This document shows, one piece after another, positions 37,921-51,641 of a stretch of 64,000 nt of DNA (the stretch's first letter is position 1; every line of letters begins with the position of its first letter). The notes below the pieces were generated by a model, which saw only the letters and a list, made by a program, of their open reading frames with translations, did no database searches and was not told where the DNA came from. Location of the stretch: positions 12,226,464-12,290,463 of the forward strand of contig NC_043011.1 in the NCBI RefSeq assembly GCF_006345805.1, in the 5' to 3' direction. The position numbers and the translations under genes are program-made. The stretch comes from Octopus sinensis (taxonomy: Eukaryota).

Positions 37921-37952
37921 TAATAAGTTCAAAATTATTACGTCATAAGTTT

Positions 37953-38291
37953 TCACGGATAAAGCAGCTCGTCGCCTTCATTGTCAAGCTGATCAACAGT
38001 TTCTTCACTGAGACTCGATGTGTCAAACCTTACTGTTACCGTATTAGAATCCTGACTGTGCGCACTATTTTCTTCATCAGTAGCCGCATCAAACTGAAAC
38101 CGGCTTTCTTCTGAGTCTTTGCTTCCTTCCTTCGAATGATTGCAAAAGCTAGCTGATGGACTAATTGGATTCATACTTTGATACCAGTCTCTGTTGTCTT
38201 CTAAGGTATCTAAAATATCTTGTGCACTTGGATAAACTAAATCAGCCCAAGTCTCCCATAATGGATGAACGATGTAGTCAATAAAACCGAC
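37953..38291 (-). CDS. PDE4: PDE4 terminal coding exon
   Basis: gtttcag|GTC; 339 nt to TGA at 37955-37953; [46 protein letters not shown]...RFQFD...DELLYP*. Confidence 0.96.
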   Translation of the reverse strand, partial: VGFIDYIVHPLWETWADLVYPSAQDILDTLEDNRDWYQSMNPISPSASFCNHSKEGSKDSEESRFQFDAATDEENSAHSQDSNTVTVRFDTSSLSEETVDQLDNEGDELLYP

Positions 38292-39111
38292 CTGAAACGA
38301 AAACAATAATAATAATAATAATACTGATGATAACAATAACAACAACGAAAACAACAACTCTAATAATGGTTTCAAATTTTAGCAGAAATCAACAATTTTA
38401 AGGGGATGAGTTTAGTTGATTACATGTATTTGATGGATACTTTATTTTACCAACGCCAAAATAATGCAAGGCAAAGTTAACTTTAGCAGGATTTAAACTC
38501 ATAACGCAGAGCTGGAAGAAATGCCACTGTTTTTGTTTAATGCACTAACAATTCTGTTAGCTTGCTGTCCAGACTTCTACAACAACAACGACAATAATGA
38601 TGATTATGATGATAATAACAACAGTAATAATAACTGGGTAAAATAAATGCATAAATGTAGAATGAAAGAAACAGACAAAGCAGTCTTTGGCCTACCTTTG
38701 GTCAATGCTTGACCTATATCTGCAGTTTGGTTAGACACTTCACCACAAACATTCAACAAAGAACAAGTGTACCTATGCTAGACACAAATTGTGGGCAAGA
38801 GTGAAGAGCATTTAATCAACTATAATTATAACTGGTCCTTATTTTATGCACACCGGATGCACGAAACATAAAAATGAACTCATAATGTAAAGAGATGTAA
38901 CTAAACAAAGAAATCGTTTTGTTTTCATTCCACTAGTTCAGTCACAAGAGTCTAATAATTAGTTCTTAGATGAATACGGACCGCACTGAGGAGGAACTAC
39001 ACAACTAACATGAACTGCATTCATAACCTACACCTTTTAGAGAAATCACCCATCATTATCAATTGTACCTACCTATTACACAGAACACCATTTTTATTTT
39101 GAAATCTCAGT

Positions 39112-39520
39112 TCTCTCTTTCTCTTTTCTCTTTTACTTGTTTCAGTCATTTGACTGTGGCCATGCTGCAGCACCGCCTTTAGTCGAGCAAATCGACCCCG
39201 GGGACTTATTCTTTTGTAAGCTCAGTACTTATTCTATCGGTCTCTTTTGCCGAACCGCTAAGTTACGGGGACGTAAACACACCAGCATCGGTTGTCAAGT
39301 AATTCTAGGGGGACAAAAACAGACACACAAACATATACACACACATACATATACATATATACGACAGGCTTCTTTCAGTTTCCGTCAACCAAATCCACTC
39401 AGAGGGCATTGGTCGGCTATAGCAGAAGAAACTTGCCCAAGGTACCACGCAGTGGGACTGAACTCGGAGCCATGTGGTTGGTAAGCAAGCTACTTACCAC
39501 ACAGCCACTCCTGCGCCTTA
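39112..39520 (-). mobile_element. SINE family A (last PDE4 intron)
   Basis: Consensus match. Confidence 0.85.
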
Positions 39521-39648
39521 ATATTTTTTACTGATTCTTGTTTTTAATGTACTAAATTCAAATCTGAAAATGGTTATGTACTACATGCTCTAATTTACAT
39601 GCAATTTATAGTTTTGCATCCTAGCTGTTTGCAGTCAAATTGATTACT

Positions 39649-40061
39649 TAGACATGAGTGGCTGTGTGGTAAGTAGCTTCGTTACCAACCACATGGTTCC
39701 TGGTTCAGTCCCACTGCATGGCACCTTGGGCAAGTGTCTTCTACTATAGCCTTGGGCCAACCAAAGCCTTGTGAGTGGATTTGGTAGACGGAAACTGAAA
39801 GAAGCCCGTCATATATATGTATATATATATATATGTTTGTGTGTGTGTGTGTGTGTGTCTGTGTTTGTGTGTCTGTGTTTGTCCTTCAACATCGCTTGAC
39901 AACCGATGCTGGTGTGTTTATGTCTCCGTAACCTAGCGGTTCGGCAAAAGAGACCGATAGAATAGGCTTACAAAGAATAAGTCCTGGGGGTTGATTTGCT
40001 TGACTAAAGGTGGTGCTCCAGCATGGCCACAGTCAAATGACTGAAACAAGTAAAAGAGTAA
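39649..40061 (+). mobile_element. SINE family A (last PDE4 intron)
   Basis: Consensus match. Confidence 0.85.
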
Positions 40062-40494
40062 CAGATCTGAAATCTATGCACTCAAGTTCAGTAATGCCAA
40101 ATGTTGATGTCAACGCAACAAAAAATCTGTTGACCAGTGTTATTGTAATGCCAGAAAATGTCAATCAGGAGTGTCAAGGCAGCTTTCATGCAGTAAAAAA
40201 CTTTCAAGCTTTTGACTCTTATTAATTGCAGCCATACTTTATGGTGAGAGGATCTCTACTAACTTTGGATCCAATTATACTATAACTTAGTATACTGAAA
40301 TGTCTCATGAGACAGCAGTTAGAAATATTGCTTAGAAATTGAAAACGGAATAAAGTATTTCCATAAAAATAAAAGACAAGTGAAAGATACTAGAGCTATA
40401 GAAAGCATAACTAGTAATAAAGTTATGAACAAAAAACAATTTCAGTGCATTACAAAATAGGGTCATTTTTCAAAAGCAATGCCTCACATTGCTT

Positions 40495-40659
40495 ATAGGT
40501 GCAGGAGTGGCTGTGTGGTAAGTAGCTTGTTTACCAACCACATGGTTCCGAGTTCAGTCCCACTGCGTGGTACCTTGGGCAAGTGTCTTCTACTATAGCC
40601 TCGGGCCGACCAAAGCCTTGTGAGTGGATTTGGTAGACGGAAACTGAAAGAAGCCTGTC

Positions 40660-40700
<41 letters not shown>

Positions 40701-40928
40701 TGTTTGTGTTTGTGTGTCTGTGTTTGTCCCCCTAGCATTGCTTGACAACCGATGCTGGTGTGTTTACGTCCACGTTACTTAGCGGTTTGGCAAAAGAGAC
40801 CGATAGAATAAGTACTGGGCTTACAAAAGAATAAGTCCCGGGGTCGATTTGCTTGATTAAAGGCAGTGCTCCAGCATGGCCACAGTCAAATGACTGAAAC
40901 AAGTAAAAGAGTGAAAGAGTAAAGAGTA
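40495..40928 (+). mobile_element. SINE family A (last PDE4 intron)
   Basis: Full head ataggtgcaggagtggc to aaagagta tail. Confidence 0.85.
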
Positions 40929-41367
40929 TTTACTGCAGGCCATCAGATGAGCTGTGTGTACATTACCTTACTGATACACACAGAAACAGATGAGACAGAA
41001 GTGCTTTCAACATTGCTGATCTGTGTAAAGGTGTGACAATCATAAATTCTACATAATATCTTCAATAAATAAATTAAACATGAACTCAACAATAATTCCA
41101 ACCCCACTTTTGGTTTTCTGGCAGTTGTCCAACAAACATATAAAAAGAGTCTAATTTTCAAATATTTCTTCAATAATTTTTCTACACCTGTTTCCAAAAT
41201 GGTGATCCCTTCTCACCCACTCACAAACGCCCCAAAAAACTGAAAAATCAAGTATATATATATGTCCATAAAGCAAAAGTAGAGATGATGATAAATTACA
41301 TAATCACTATCATCGTCATTACAGGCACAAATAATATTTTGTAGAAATTGTTGAATATGATTTTTAC

Positions 41368-41550
41368 CTGAGATTTTTCAATTGTTGCATTATGTCGGTC
41401 ACACATTGGACTGATATCTAATCCTTTTTCACGTTCCATATCTCCTTGAATGAAAAACTCTTCCATAATCCGATCAACCCATTTTCGGTAAACTTCAAGA
41501 GGTTTTGTAGGATTACTCAAATCAGAACAATGCACCATGTTTTGTAATAC
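41368..41550 (-). CDS. PDE4: PDE4 coding exon (metal-ligand Asp and invariant Gln)
   Basis: ctggcag|GTA ... CAG|gtaaaa; 183 nt; [61 protein letters not shown]. Confidence 0.97.
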
Positions 41551-41709
41551 CTGCCAGAAAGTGTAAAATTTAGTTAGAAACAGCATGGAATAAATTAACA
41601 ATAACAGGAAAAGCATAGTTGATATAAAAATTCTTTGGAATAAACACTTTATACCTCCTAGGACATCAATTTTTTTTATAAATTAGCTTTGTGCACAGAC
41701 AGTGTATGT

Positions 41710-42009
41710 TTGTTCCTTCTCAAGCCATGCCTGGCTCATAAGGGCCAGTTTCCTGGTTTCCTTGGCGTATAGGTTCCCCACCTAGACGGGTCGCCGGTCC
41801 ATCGTAGGTGAGCTGCAAGATGCAGGAGTAAAGAGTGAGAGAAAGTTGTGGCGAAAGAGTCAGCAGAAGTTCGCCATTACCTTCTGTGGGAGCCGCATGG
41901 AACTTAGGTGTTTCTCTCATAAACACACACATCGTCCGGTCTGAGATTCGAACCTGAGATCCCTCGACCACGAATCTGCTGCTCTAACCACTAGGCCATG
42001 TGCCTCCAC
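41710..42009 (-). mobile_element. SINE family C, alternative-tail subfamily
   Basis: TSD AGACAGTGTATGT (41697-709, 42010-22). Confidence 0.9.
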
Positions 42010-42710
42010 AGACAGTGTATGTAGAAAGATTTATTTTACTTCTTAGATCATAAAAGGTAACAGATTCCTTATAAACCTTTTGAAGTAAAAGTTATGATTA
42101 TTATTATTTTATTTTATTACATTTAAACATTTTAAATAAAGAAATTGGGAACTAGCATCGTGAACATTAAGTAATATTGGTCAGCAATTTGTTGGTCAAT
42201 ATTTGTTCTTATACAGAAATGGGGAGCTGACAAGGCTAGAATTAAATCAATATACATACTTGAAACAACATTAAATTAAAAAAAAGGTGAGCATAACAGT
42301 GTTTATACAAATGTGGAATGACAATAACTGTAATATTTTGTTTCAGAGAAACTTCTTAGAGATGTTTCAAGTGTGTGTATTAATTCAATTATAACCTAAC
42401 CAGTCTTCACACAAAACTGAATATTTTGTTTACTGATTTCTCTATAGGAATGAATGTATTTCAAGAATGTGTGGCATGTTTGACACTGGAGATCAAATCA
42501 AATCAAAACACCATTCAAACAATCTACCAATGATATTCTAAGTGAGCCTCTGAATTTTAATACAGAAGTCTCTGTGATAAGGTTCTCTGAAACAAAATAT
42601 TACAACTAGCTCTGTTCTGGATCCATATATACACTATAAATGTTATGCACATCATTACTTTGATTTAATGAAACTTCGAGTGAGTATATTAGTTATTTTA
42701 TTGTGTTCTA

Positions 42711-43560
42711 TGTACATACATACATACATACATACATACATACATACATACATACATACGTACGTACGTACATACATACATACATACATACATACATACA
42801 TACAAACATACATACAAACATACATACATACATACATACATACATACATACAAGCAAGCATGCATGCATACATACATACATACATACATACATACATACA
42901 AACATACATACATACATACATACATACAAGCATGCATGCATGCATACATACAAACATACATACATACATACATACAAACATACATACATACAAACATACA
43001 TACATACATACATACATACATACATACAAACATGCATTCATACTTACATACATGCATACATACATACATACATACATACATACACACACATACATACATA
43101 CAAACATACATACATACATACAAACATACATACATACAAACATACATACATACATACATACATACATACAAACATGCATTCATACTTACATACATGCATA
43201 CATACATACATACATACATACACACACATACATACATACAAACATACATACATACATACATACAAACATACATACATACAAACATACATACATACATACA
43301 TACATACATACAAACATGCATTCATACTTACATACATGCATACATACATACATACATACATACATACATACATACATACATACATACACACACATACATA
43401 CATACAAACATACATACATACATACAAACAAACATACATACATACATACACGCATACATGCATACATACATACATACATACATACATACATACATACATA
43501 CATACATACATACATACATACATACATACATACATACATACATACATGCATACATACATA
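42711..43560. repeat. 850-bp (CATA)n array with a 142-bp higher-order period
   Basis: aaacatgcattcatacttacatacatgcata at 43028, 43170, 43312. Confidence 0.95.
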
Positions 43561-43998
43561 TTGTCATTTACTTGGAACTCAGTGTCATTTCATATTGTCA
43601 GTTTTTTTTATTGTGAAGTAAAACAAAATCTATCTGCTAAATTTTATTTTTAAATATCATAAATCATGATTGTTTTAGAATAACTTCATGTTAAATTTAT
43701 ATGACTGGAGAAATTGTTTCCGATCCATGAGGCAATAAAATTACAGGCAAAAGAGACAAGCATTGTTAAGTAAAAACCATTCTCAAAAACTGGCAAAGCT
43801 GGATCAGCAGGTTTTGAAATCAAAGCCAATACTAATTAACAGTGTAGAAATAAAATATTTACCATTCTTAAGAAATCACATAACTAATTTCATCACCAAA
43901 CATATTTAACTGTCAGATAAATGTTTCCACCTGAACAGGAAGCATCTTGTCAGTTTACTCAATTACAGGTGCTTTCACTATGCTTTCTATCAATTCAC

Positions 43999-44414
43999 GG
44001 ATCTTTTCGGTTTGAACGGCAGTTTTTAACATAATTTCTAGGTAACTAAAAAATTGTAAACCTCGTATACTGGTAGAATGTGTTTATAAAATATCTTTTT
44101 CTCTTGGCTTTATTGAGAAAATTCTATAGTTTGTAAGATATTTGTTGGTTTTTATCTTCAATTTCAGCAATTTCAACCAATCAATTACATCTATTGAGGT
44201 AAAAAACATTCTGTGCCGTATGAATATGTCCTCGTTTAAGAAACAGATTGGGTTTATTTACATTTGTGAAGAAAAAAAGATACCCTTCCCCCCACCCCTA
44301 ACCCTAACCCTAAAACAGATTGAAATGCAATAGATTGATACTAGGGTCATAATTATGGGTGACAATTTCATATGACACCGCTAGAAAAAACTGCCGTTCA
44401 AACCGAAAAGATCC
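43999..44414. mobile_element. Merlin-like MITE with internal (CCCTAA)n
   Basis: About 28-bp TIR GGATCTTTTCGGTTTGAACGGCAGTTTT; 8-bp TSD CAATTCAC (43991-98, 44415-22). GG ends with an 8-bp TSD fit the Merlin superfamily. Confidence 0.8.
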
Positions 44415-44659
44415 CAATTCACATCTGCTTCAAAGTTTGAATACTTTTCAATCTATCTCCACTTTAATGGCATATCTATAGCAACATATAATTGCAATTA
44501 TTCTTGTATAGATGACTGATTCTTGCTCATCCCTATCATACTGAACAAAGCCTGTTGCCAGATGGTTCTGAGATCTTGTGTTCCCTGTTATTAACTAATT
44601 CATTGACTACCATGTTGACCCTTAAAATTTTGAATTCTAAACAATTCTTTCAGCTTTAA

Positions 44660-44878
44660 CCCTTTAGCATTTAAACTGGCCGTATCCGGCCCAAATATGC
44701 TCCCTGTTTTATGTTCTAACTGGCCAGATCAAGCCTATCATACCTACCCTTCAATGCAATTATAAAATATACAGTCACATCATCAAAATTTTAAAGCTGC
44801 AAAACAATGCAGGATTAATTAAAGACAATTTGAATGAAAAAGCGTTACCTTTGACAGAATAATCTGAATGCTAAAGGG
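44660..44878. mobile_element. piggyBac-type MITE in PDE4 intron
   Basis: TIR ccctttagcatt / aatgctaaaggg; TTAA left, TCAA right. Confidence 0.7.
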
Positions 44879-44931
44879 TCAAACTATTATTATCTGCAAC
44901 TCTTCAAAATTTTGTACAAGTGATTACATTA

Positions 44932-45132
<201 letters not shown>

Positions 45133-45379
45133 TTAAGACAACTAAAATAATGCAATTATTTGAATTTATACCTTAGGCTACCAGCAGAATTTCCTGTTTG
45201 CATAAGCAACATGTAATATTTTTTTCTCCATTTAGGTAGGCAAAGTAGTGTGTTTATGATCTGGTTTTATTCTTTAAAATTTCTCACTAATAGAACAATA
45301 GTTTGTTTCAAGCAGAGAAACAAAGCTCTTTCAGTGGAATTTAGACAACATCAGTTTGTATGCATGTATATAAAACTGC

Positions 45380-46342
45380 ATCACTTTGTATATATGCATA
45401 CAAATTGCATCGTTGTCAAAGTTTGAAAGATACTGATGGGGATCCAACATCAGCCCCTAAATGCAAAAATGCATTCACAATAGCTTCAGAACAGGTAACA
45501 GTGTATGAAATGTCCAAGAAATAAGTACTAAAACTCAGGAAAGTGAACCAGGGTCATTGCAAAGGACCTCAAGGTTTCAGAATGCACCATCACAAGAGTT
45601 GTGCATGAGGACATCCAGTACAAGTTGTATGTGATGTAGAGGGGTCAGTTTATATCAGATATGACAAGAGAGAATCATTCAATCTGTGCAAAGTGCTTGT
45701 TAAATAAGTTAAAAGACCAGAGAGCTGAAGTACTTTGGTTTTTCTCTGATGAAGAAAACATCAATCAGGACCAAGAGGTAAACTGAAGGAATGAGGTTCC
45801 AATGGTCATACATACTAAGTTCCCAGCAAATGTGATGGTTCTGGGAGTCATCAGCAACAAGGGAGATACCATGCCTTTTTTGCACAGGCTTTAGTGTTGA
45901 AGAAAGTTGTGAGTATGCAATGGAAGATAGCATTTCTTCCAACAAGATTCTGTGCCATTTCATAAAGCCAGGACAACCATAGCATGAATGCATGTCAAAC
46001 TCCATAATCATGTTCTCCCAGAGACATGGCGTCCTAGCTCACTAGACCTAAATCCTCTGGATTATTATTTACAGGGCATACACTGAGACGAAGGACAATT
46101 AACACATCCACTCATAAAATCTCTCAAGTCTACCATAACCAGCACCATGTCCAAAATTGATAAAGGTTATCTGCTTCTGGCATGTCAACACTTCCAACCT
46201 CATATTGAAGCAGTCATTGATGCTAACGGTGGATTCCTTATAATGTGGTTAGAAGAATTCTCAAAATTTTCGAACCAATTTGTTTACAAACACAGGTTTT
46301 CTAAACTCATACAAATGATCTCTAAAAACTGATGCTCCCTGT
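45380..46342 (+). mobile_element. Decayed DD37D (maT)-like Tc1/mariner element
   Basis: AKDLKVSECTITRVVHEDIQYK, FSDEENINQDQE, WRPSSLDLNPLDYY, HIEAVIDANGG; ends ccctg|ta. Confidence 0.7.
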
Positions 46343-46399
46343 ATATATGTACAAGCACAATACATATACATACACTTATACAAAGCACAGTGAATAAAC

Positions 46400-47221
46400 T
46401 GTCATCTAAATTATGCAAAAATGAAAATAACACTAACATCCCATTTTAACATATATTTACCAAAATTACATAAAAATATTCTGAAATATAAAGAGTAAAT
46501 TTATGCAATAAAATCGTCATTGGCTTCAACCATGGCTTCCAGACGACTTCAGAATCTCCTGCAACCCTTCTGGACAGTCTCCTTGTTTAAGTTGGTGAGT
46601 GCTACCATAATCTTTGCCTTCAGTTCATATTTGGTGTTACAAGGAGTTTTGTTGATCTCTCACTCAACTGCACCTCACACATAATAATCAATGGGGTTAC
46701 AGTCTGGAGGATTAGGTGACCAGATGTCAGGGGTGATGTAGTCGCAAAAATTGTCTGACAACCACGACTGGGTTCTCCTGCTTGTGTGGCATGGTGCTGA
46801 TTCCTGTTACCAGACAGGGTCTTCCAGCAGCCACCGTCTTGACCCAGGGCAGCACCACTTCCTCCAGGCACTTGATGTAGGCCTCAATGTTGAGTCTGAG
46901 GCCTTGTAAGAAGATGAATGGAGGCATAATATTACCGTCTCTAGTAATCACTGCAAACACCATGATGTTGACTGGATGTTTTTTATCACTCTCAGTACAT
47001 GTCCTCACATTGCACCATCCTCAGATTGACACCCAAACACTCTAAATGCCAAGCTGTACAGCATGTTGTTTCTAAATTTCTGGCATCATGGTGCTGATTT
47101 TTTCACAGACAGTGCCCAATTGACCCTACTATACTGTGTAGTCAACAGAATCAAAAATAAACAATGCGCATGTGTGAAATTAAAAATATTTCATTGGTAA
47201 CAATTTACCAATCACACCCTG
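46400..47221 (-). mobile_element. Decayed DD37D (maT)-like element, convergent with the previous one
   Basis: ta|cagggtg end; MVFAVITRDGNIMPPFIF..RLNIEAYIKCLEEVVLPW, QQDSAPCHTSRRTQSWLSDNF, WSPNPPDCNPIDYYV. Confidence 0.75.
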
Positions 47222-47454
47222 TATATATAATGGCATTATACAACGTCTTGCTACTCATGTTGTTCAGTTTCCTTATGAACAATAAATTTTCCACTCAAAC
47301 ACTGTGTCTGTGAATATTACTAATTATAGATGGATAAAAGTATATGATTATATTATTTCTATAAAATAATGTAAAACATTGTGTCAGAAAACAAAATTAA
47401 TATTTGATTGATTATTTGACAAGAAATTAATATAAATTTAGTTGAAGTAATTAC

Positions 47455-47609
47455 CATATCTATAACCATCTTCCGTAATGACTGATGTTGTTTTCTTGAA
47501 AGATTTGCAAAAATATCACAGTTTTCTTCTTGCAGAAGTTTAAATGCCACAGCTAGATGGTGATTCTCTAAAACTGACTCATCATTATACATTAGGGCAA
47601 GTTCAGAAC
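47455..47609 (-). CDS. PDE4: PDE4 coding exon
   Basis: tttacag|GT ... ATG|gtaatt; 155 nt, phase 1 to 0; (S)[51 protein letters not shown]. Confidence 0.97.
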
Positions 47610-47854
47610 CTGTAAACAAAATAAAGTAACAGTTAAACCAGAGATAATTAAATGGATGCTATTGAGTTTCCTACACAATTTCTATACAATAATTCAATTC
47701 TCTATACAATTGCTATACAATAATTCATAATAAATCAGAATTTTCAAATCTCTAAGAATATTTACATTTTATTGAAAACAATCATATTACACATGAGGTG
47801 ATATATCTGTCTGTCTTGTGTATGTATGTATGTGTGTATATATATGTGTGTATA

Positions 47855-47906
<52 letters not shown>

Positions 47907-48881
47907 TGAGAGAAAAGAGCACTCAATGCAATCCAAAACCTGAAAGAGTTGGTCTCCCTTGTGAAACTTGAAGTAGTATGGAACCGAATCAAGCTGTTTT
48001 AAATAATATATACTATTAAAAGTGAAGTTCAATCTTGCTTGCTTGCTTGCAATGTTACACAACCAAACTTGTGCATAATGGGAAAATACTTTGAAAGTAA
48101 AGTGCTCTTGAAATGTGAAGTTTTGTATAAATCGGACCAGTAGTTATTGAGATATTCAGGGTTTTGGAGTATAAATACCCAAAACAATGCATAATGGGAA
48201 AATACTTCAAAAATAACTTTACTCTGAAAGGGAAGAAACTCTAACCTTTGTATTTGACACATTATGATAGGCAAAATATTTTAAAGTGAAAGTGACTTTA
48301 AAAATTCGGTAAATATTTTGTAAAAGACCCGTTTATAACCTCAGTGTGAAATAGTTTTTCCATAAGTTTTTTTTCAAGTGCTTTCAATGTATTTCACCTC
48401 CAAAGATTTGATTGCTATTTCTAGCACGTCTTGCCACCATGTAACAGCTATTTACAATAAAGGACCCGAAATACCTGTTACGTGGTAGCAAGACGTGCAA
48501 GAAACAGCAGCCAAATCTTTCTTTTTCCAGGGAAAGGAGCCATTTACACATGATTTCAATGTCACATTTGTTGAAAGCATGCGAAATAACATGAGAAAGA
48601 AAAAGAAACCACAAAACAAAACTCCGTTGTTAGGAAACTCAGACTTTCCTAGTGACCTAAGGGTCACAGGTAGTCTAGGATATATATGTAATGTAACCAC
48701 ATGTGGATTGTTGGCAATTTTTTCCCTCCGTCTTCTTTTTCTCCTTCCATCATCTGTTTTTGATGAAGAACTTTGCTCAAAACGTAAAATTACTTTTCTT
48801 TCCTTCCTTGAGCATCTAATACTTTGCATGTACCACATCCTCGCATTGATGTTTTTTCTTGTCTTCGTCTTTTTTTTAATT

Positions 48882-48933
<52 letters not shown>

Positions 48934-49242
48934 GGACTTTTGTCTCATGATGTAATGTAATGGGCATGTACCATATATTTTTTGTTGACCCTTACATTAT
49001 TCTCCTCCACCAATTCTTATTTCTACACCCCACCTAGCTTATAATTTATAATATACCTATTATAATTAAACACTGGTTAAACTAAATTTATATACTTATG
49101 CTACCAGATTTCTTCTTCACTCAACAAATTTACTTACTTAACTATGGTACTACCATTCATTATCACTCTATTCAGCATAATTCACTCAGTTCAAACATTG
49201 TGTGTGTGTGTGAATGTGTTTATGTATTTCGTTTATTCCTAA

Positions 49243-49606
49243 CTAGCACTATGACCCAGCAACGCCGGGTCATAGTGCTAGTGCATGCATATACAGCTGC
49301 ATGCGTGCACACATACACGCGAGTACTGTCCAAATCTTCGACCAATCACATACAGCAAGCTGGCATTCAATTGGCGTATCAAGTTTCGGGCATTTTGATT
49401 GGGTTTTGGATAGAAAATTCACAAAAAAGTAACTTCTATTGATTTTTTAATGGCTTTGCGGCATGACTGGGGAAATGTAAAGATGTGCACGACCACCCTT
49501 GGACGGTTTTGAATGACCATAGAAAGTGCGAGCCCTCTAACTGAAAAATTGTGGATTTGTATAAAGGACATGCATGCAGACATTTTGCCATTTATATATA
49601 GAGAGA
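49243..49606 (-). mobile_element. Non-autonomous Helitron (family 2)
   Basis: A|TC start, CTAG|T end; terminal hairpin ctagcactatgaccc-agcaacgcc-gggtcatagtgctag. Confidence 0.75.
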
Positions 49607-50133
49607 TAAACATACACTTTCATTTACATTTTAAAATTTTATACTTCTATAGCTAACACCAGTATAACCAGTAGATATTTAACTCTCCCCACCAACACTT
49701 ATGATATCAGACTCACAGTACTGATAGGCTCTCCTCAGATGGCTTCATTTATCTTATCTTATTTACAACTTCCTGATGCCACTTCCACCTCTGACTATTC
49801 AATAGCCTACACTGAATGGCCATAAAAACAATAAGATTTTCGCATCCATACATCTGAATTTTTTCATTATCTTTCATTACCTTTCACTCCTTCTCCTCTA
49901 TCCCTCTATTTGTATGTATAATAAGTATACACACATATACTCATATGAGTATATGAGTATATCATATGAGTATACACACATATACTCATCATGATATATA
50001 AAGGGATAGGGATATTGTATATATGTGCATGTGTATATGTATGGACATGGATGTGTATGAATATATCCCTACACATGGATATATTCGCAGCTATACATCC
50101 ATGGTTATCTGTGCACATGTGTATATAAGTGTA

Positions 50134-50404
50134 TCTCTTATTATAAAAGGCAGATTTTATCTGCCTCCCTTTGGGAGTTATAGAAATCTACAATATAAGA
50201 TTTCTTCAATTACAATTTACCTAGCATTTTTAAGAGTACAATGCATCGCGTCATGCCAGGTCCAGTTTTTAAAATTTAAACTCCAATTAAGCAAAATTTA
50301 CAGAAAACTCACATTCTGGTGTGTGTGTCAAATGCTTTTCTTAGTCTGGTTTACACCACACGCAAACGCACACACACAGTGGGCAACGAATAAAATGAAA
50401 GTAA
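50134..50404 (+). mobile_element. Helitron-like element (family 3), 3'-truncated
   Basis: Reverse complement of about 12985-13250. Confidence 0.6.
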
Positions 50405-50734
50405 ATAGCGACAGAGTGATTTGAGGAAGACTAAACTGAAAGTATTTAAACCACTACTCAAAAAATAAAGAAACACAGCAAACAGAAACAAATAAATACA
50501 TAACGATTTAATCCTCACACAATTTCTTCAATTAGAGTTTACCTAAGATTTTTCAGAGTACTTCAGTGGGTGATGCCATAAAAAATTTCTTTCAATTTTA
50601 CCACCAATTAAGACAAAATTCGAGAAAACTCAATATTTTAACATATCACTCCGAAAGCATTGATGTACATGTGTGCGTGCGTGAGTGTGTGTGTGTCATT
50701 CCTCACACACACGCATACACATACATATGTTATT

Positions 50735-50992
50735 GCTTGGAGGACAATGATGAACAAAAAAGGGCTGAGGACTGATCTCTGGTGAGCCCTGCTTGTAGCG
50801 TGAATTTATTGCTGTACTTGCTGCCAACCCTCACCTTACTGATAGCATCCCTGTACAAGGCTTGTACAGGTCTCACCAACCACCCTCACTAACCAGGAGT
50901 GAGGGACCTTGCTGAAGGCTTTCTCCATGTCAACAAAAGCTAAGTACAGGGGATTCTTTTTGGCTTGGTACTTCTGCTGTTGCCTTACCAGG
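50735..50992 (-). mobile_element. RTE RT-domain fragment
   Basis: QQKYQAKKNPLYLAFVDMEKAFSKVP...SVLSPFLFIIVLQA. Confidence 0.7.
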
Positions 50993-51023
50993 AATATATC
51001 TATCTATCTATCTATCTATCTAT

Positions 51024-51100
<77 letters not shown>

Positions 51101-51641
51101 TACAATTATGTTTACTCACTAAAGTCGTCAACCTAATATAAATTGTCTAACAGAATGATATTAAATTAAGAAGTAAGAATTAGCAGGAGAACTCTGAAGA
51201 TGGAGAGGAAAGAAAATGGCAGTTGATGGTCACACAGAAAAATATCTACAGAAGACCATGTGCTTGAGCAAACTAAATGCATATGTTAGGCAATGTATAA
51301 AGCAATGAGAAGTAAAAACTTAAAATTAGTTTTTCAGCAACTTAAAAAGTCTATTCACCATCAAAATGTCCATTGAGTAAAACAAAATATGGAGTCATTC
51401 AGCTTAACAAAAAATATGTTTTACTAAAAGAATCACATTTTAGCAAGTTAGATAAAGAGAAATTTTTACTAGAAATATTAATTAGTTGAATGAACATTGC
51501 CAATTTGTGTTTCTAAAGCAAAAATTACTGTTGGTAAAAGAAACAAAGAGAAAGAAGAAAATGATTTGCTAAAAAGCTGTGTTTTCCTTCTTGTGAGAAG
51601 GGTATATGGGTGTGAATGTCATCTTCGAAGGCAAAAAATAG

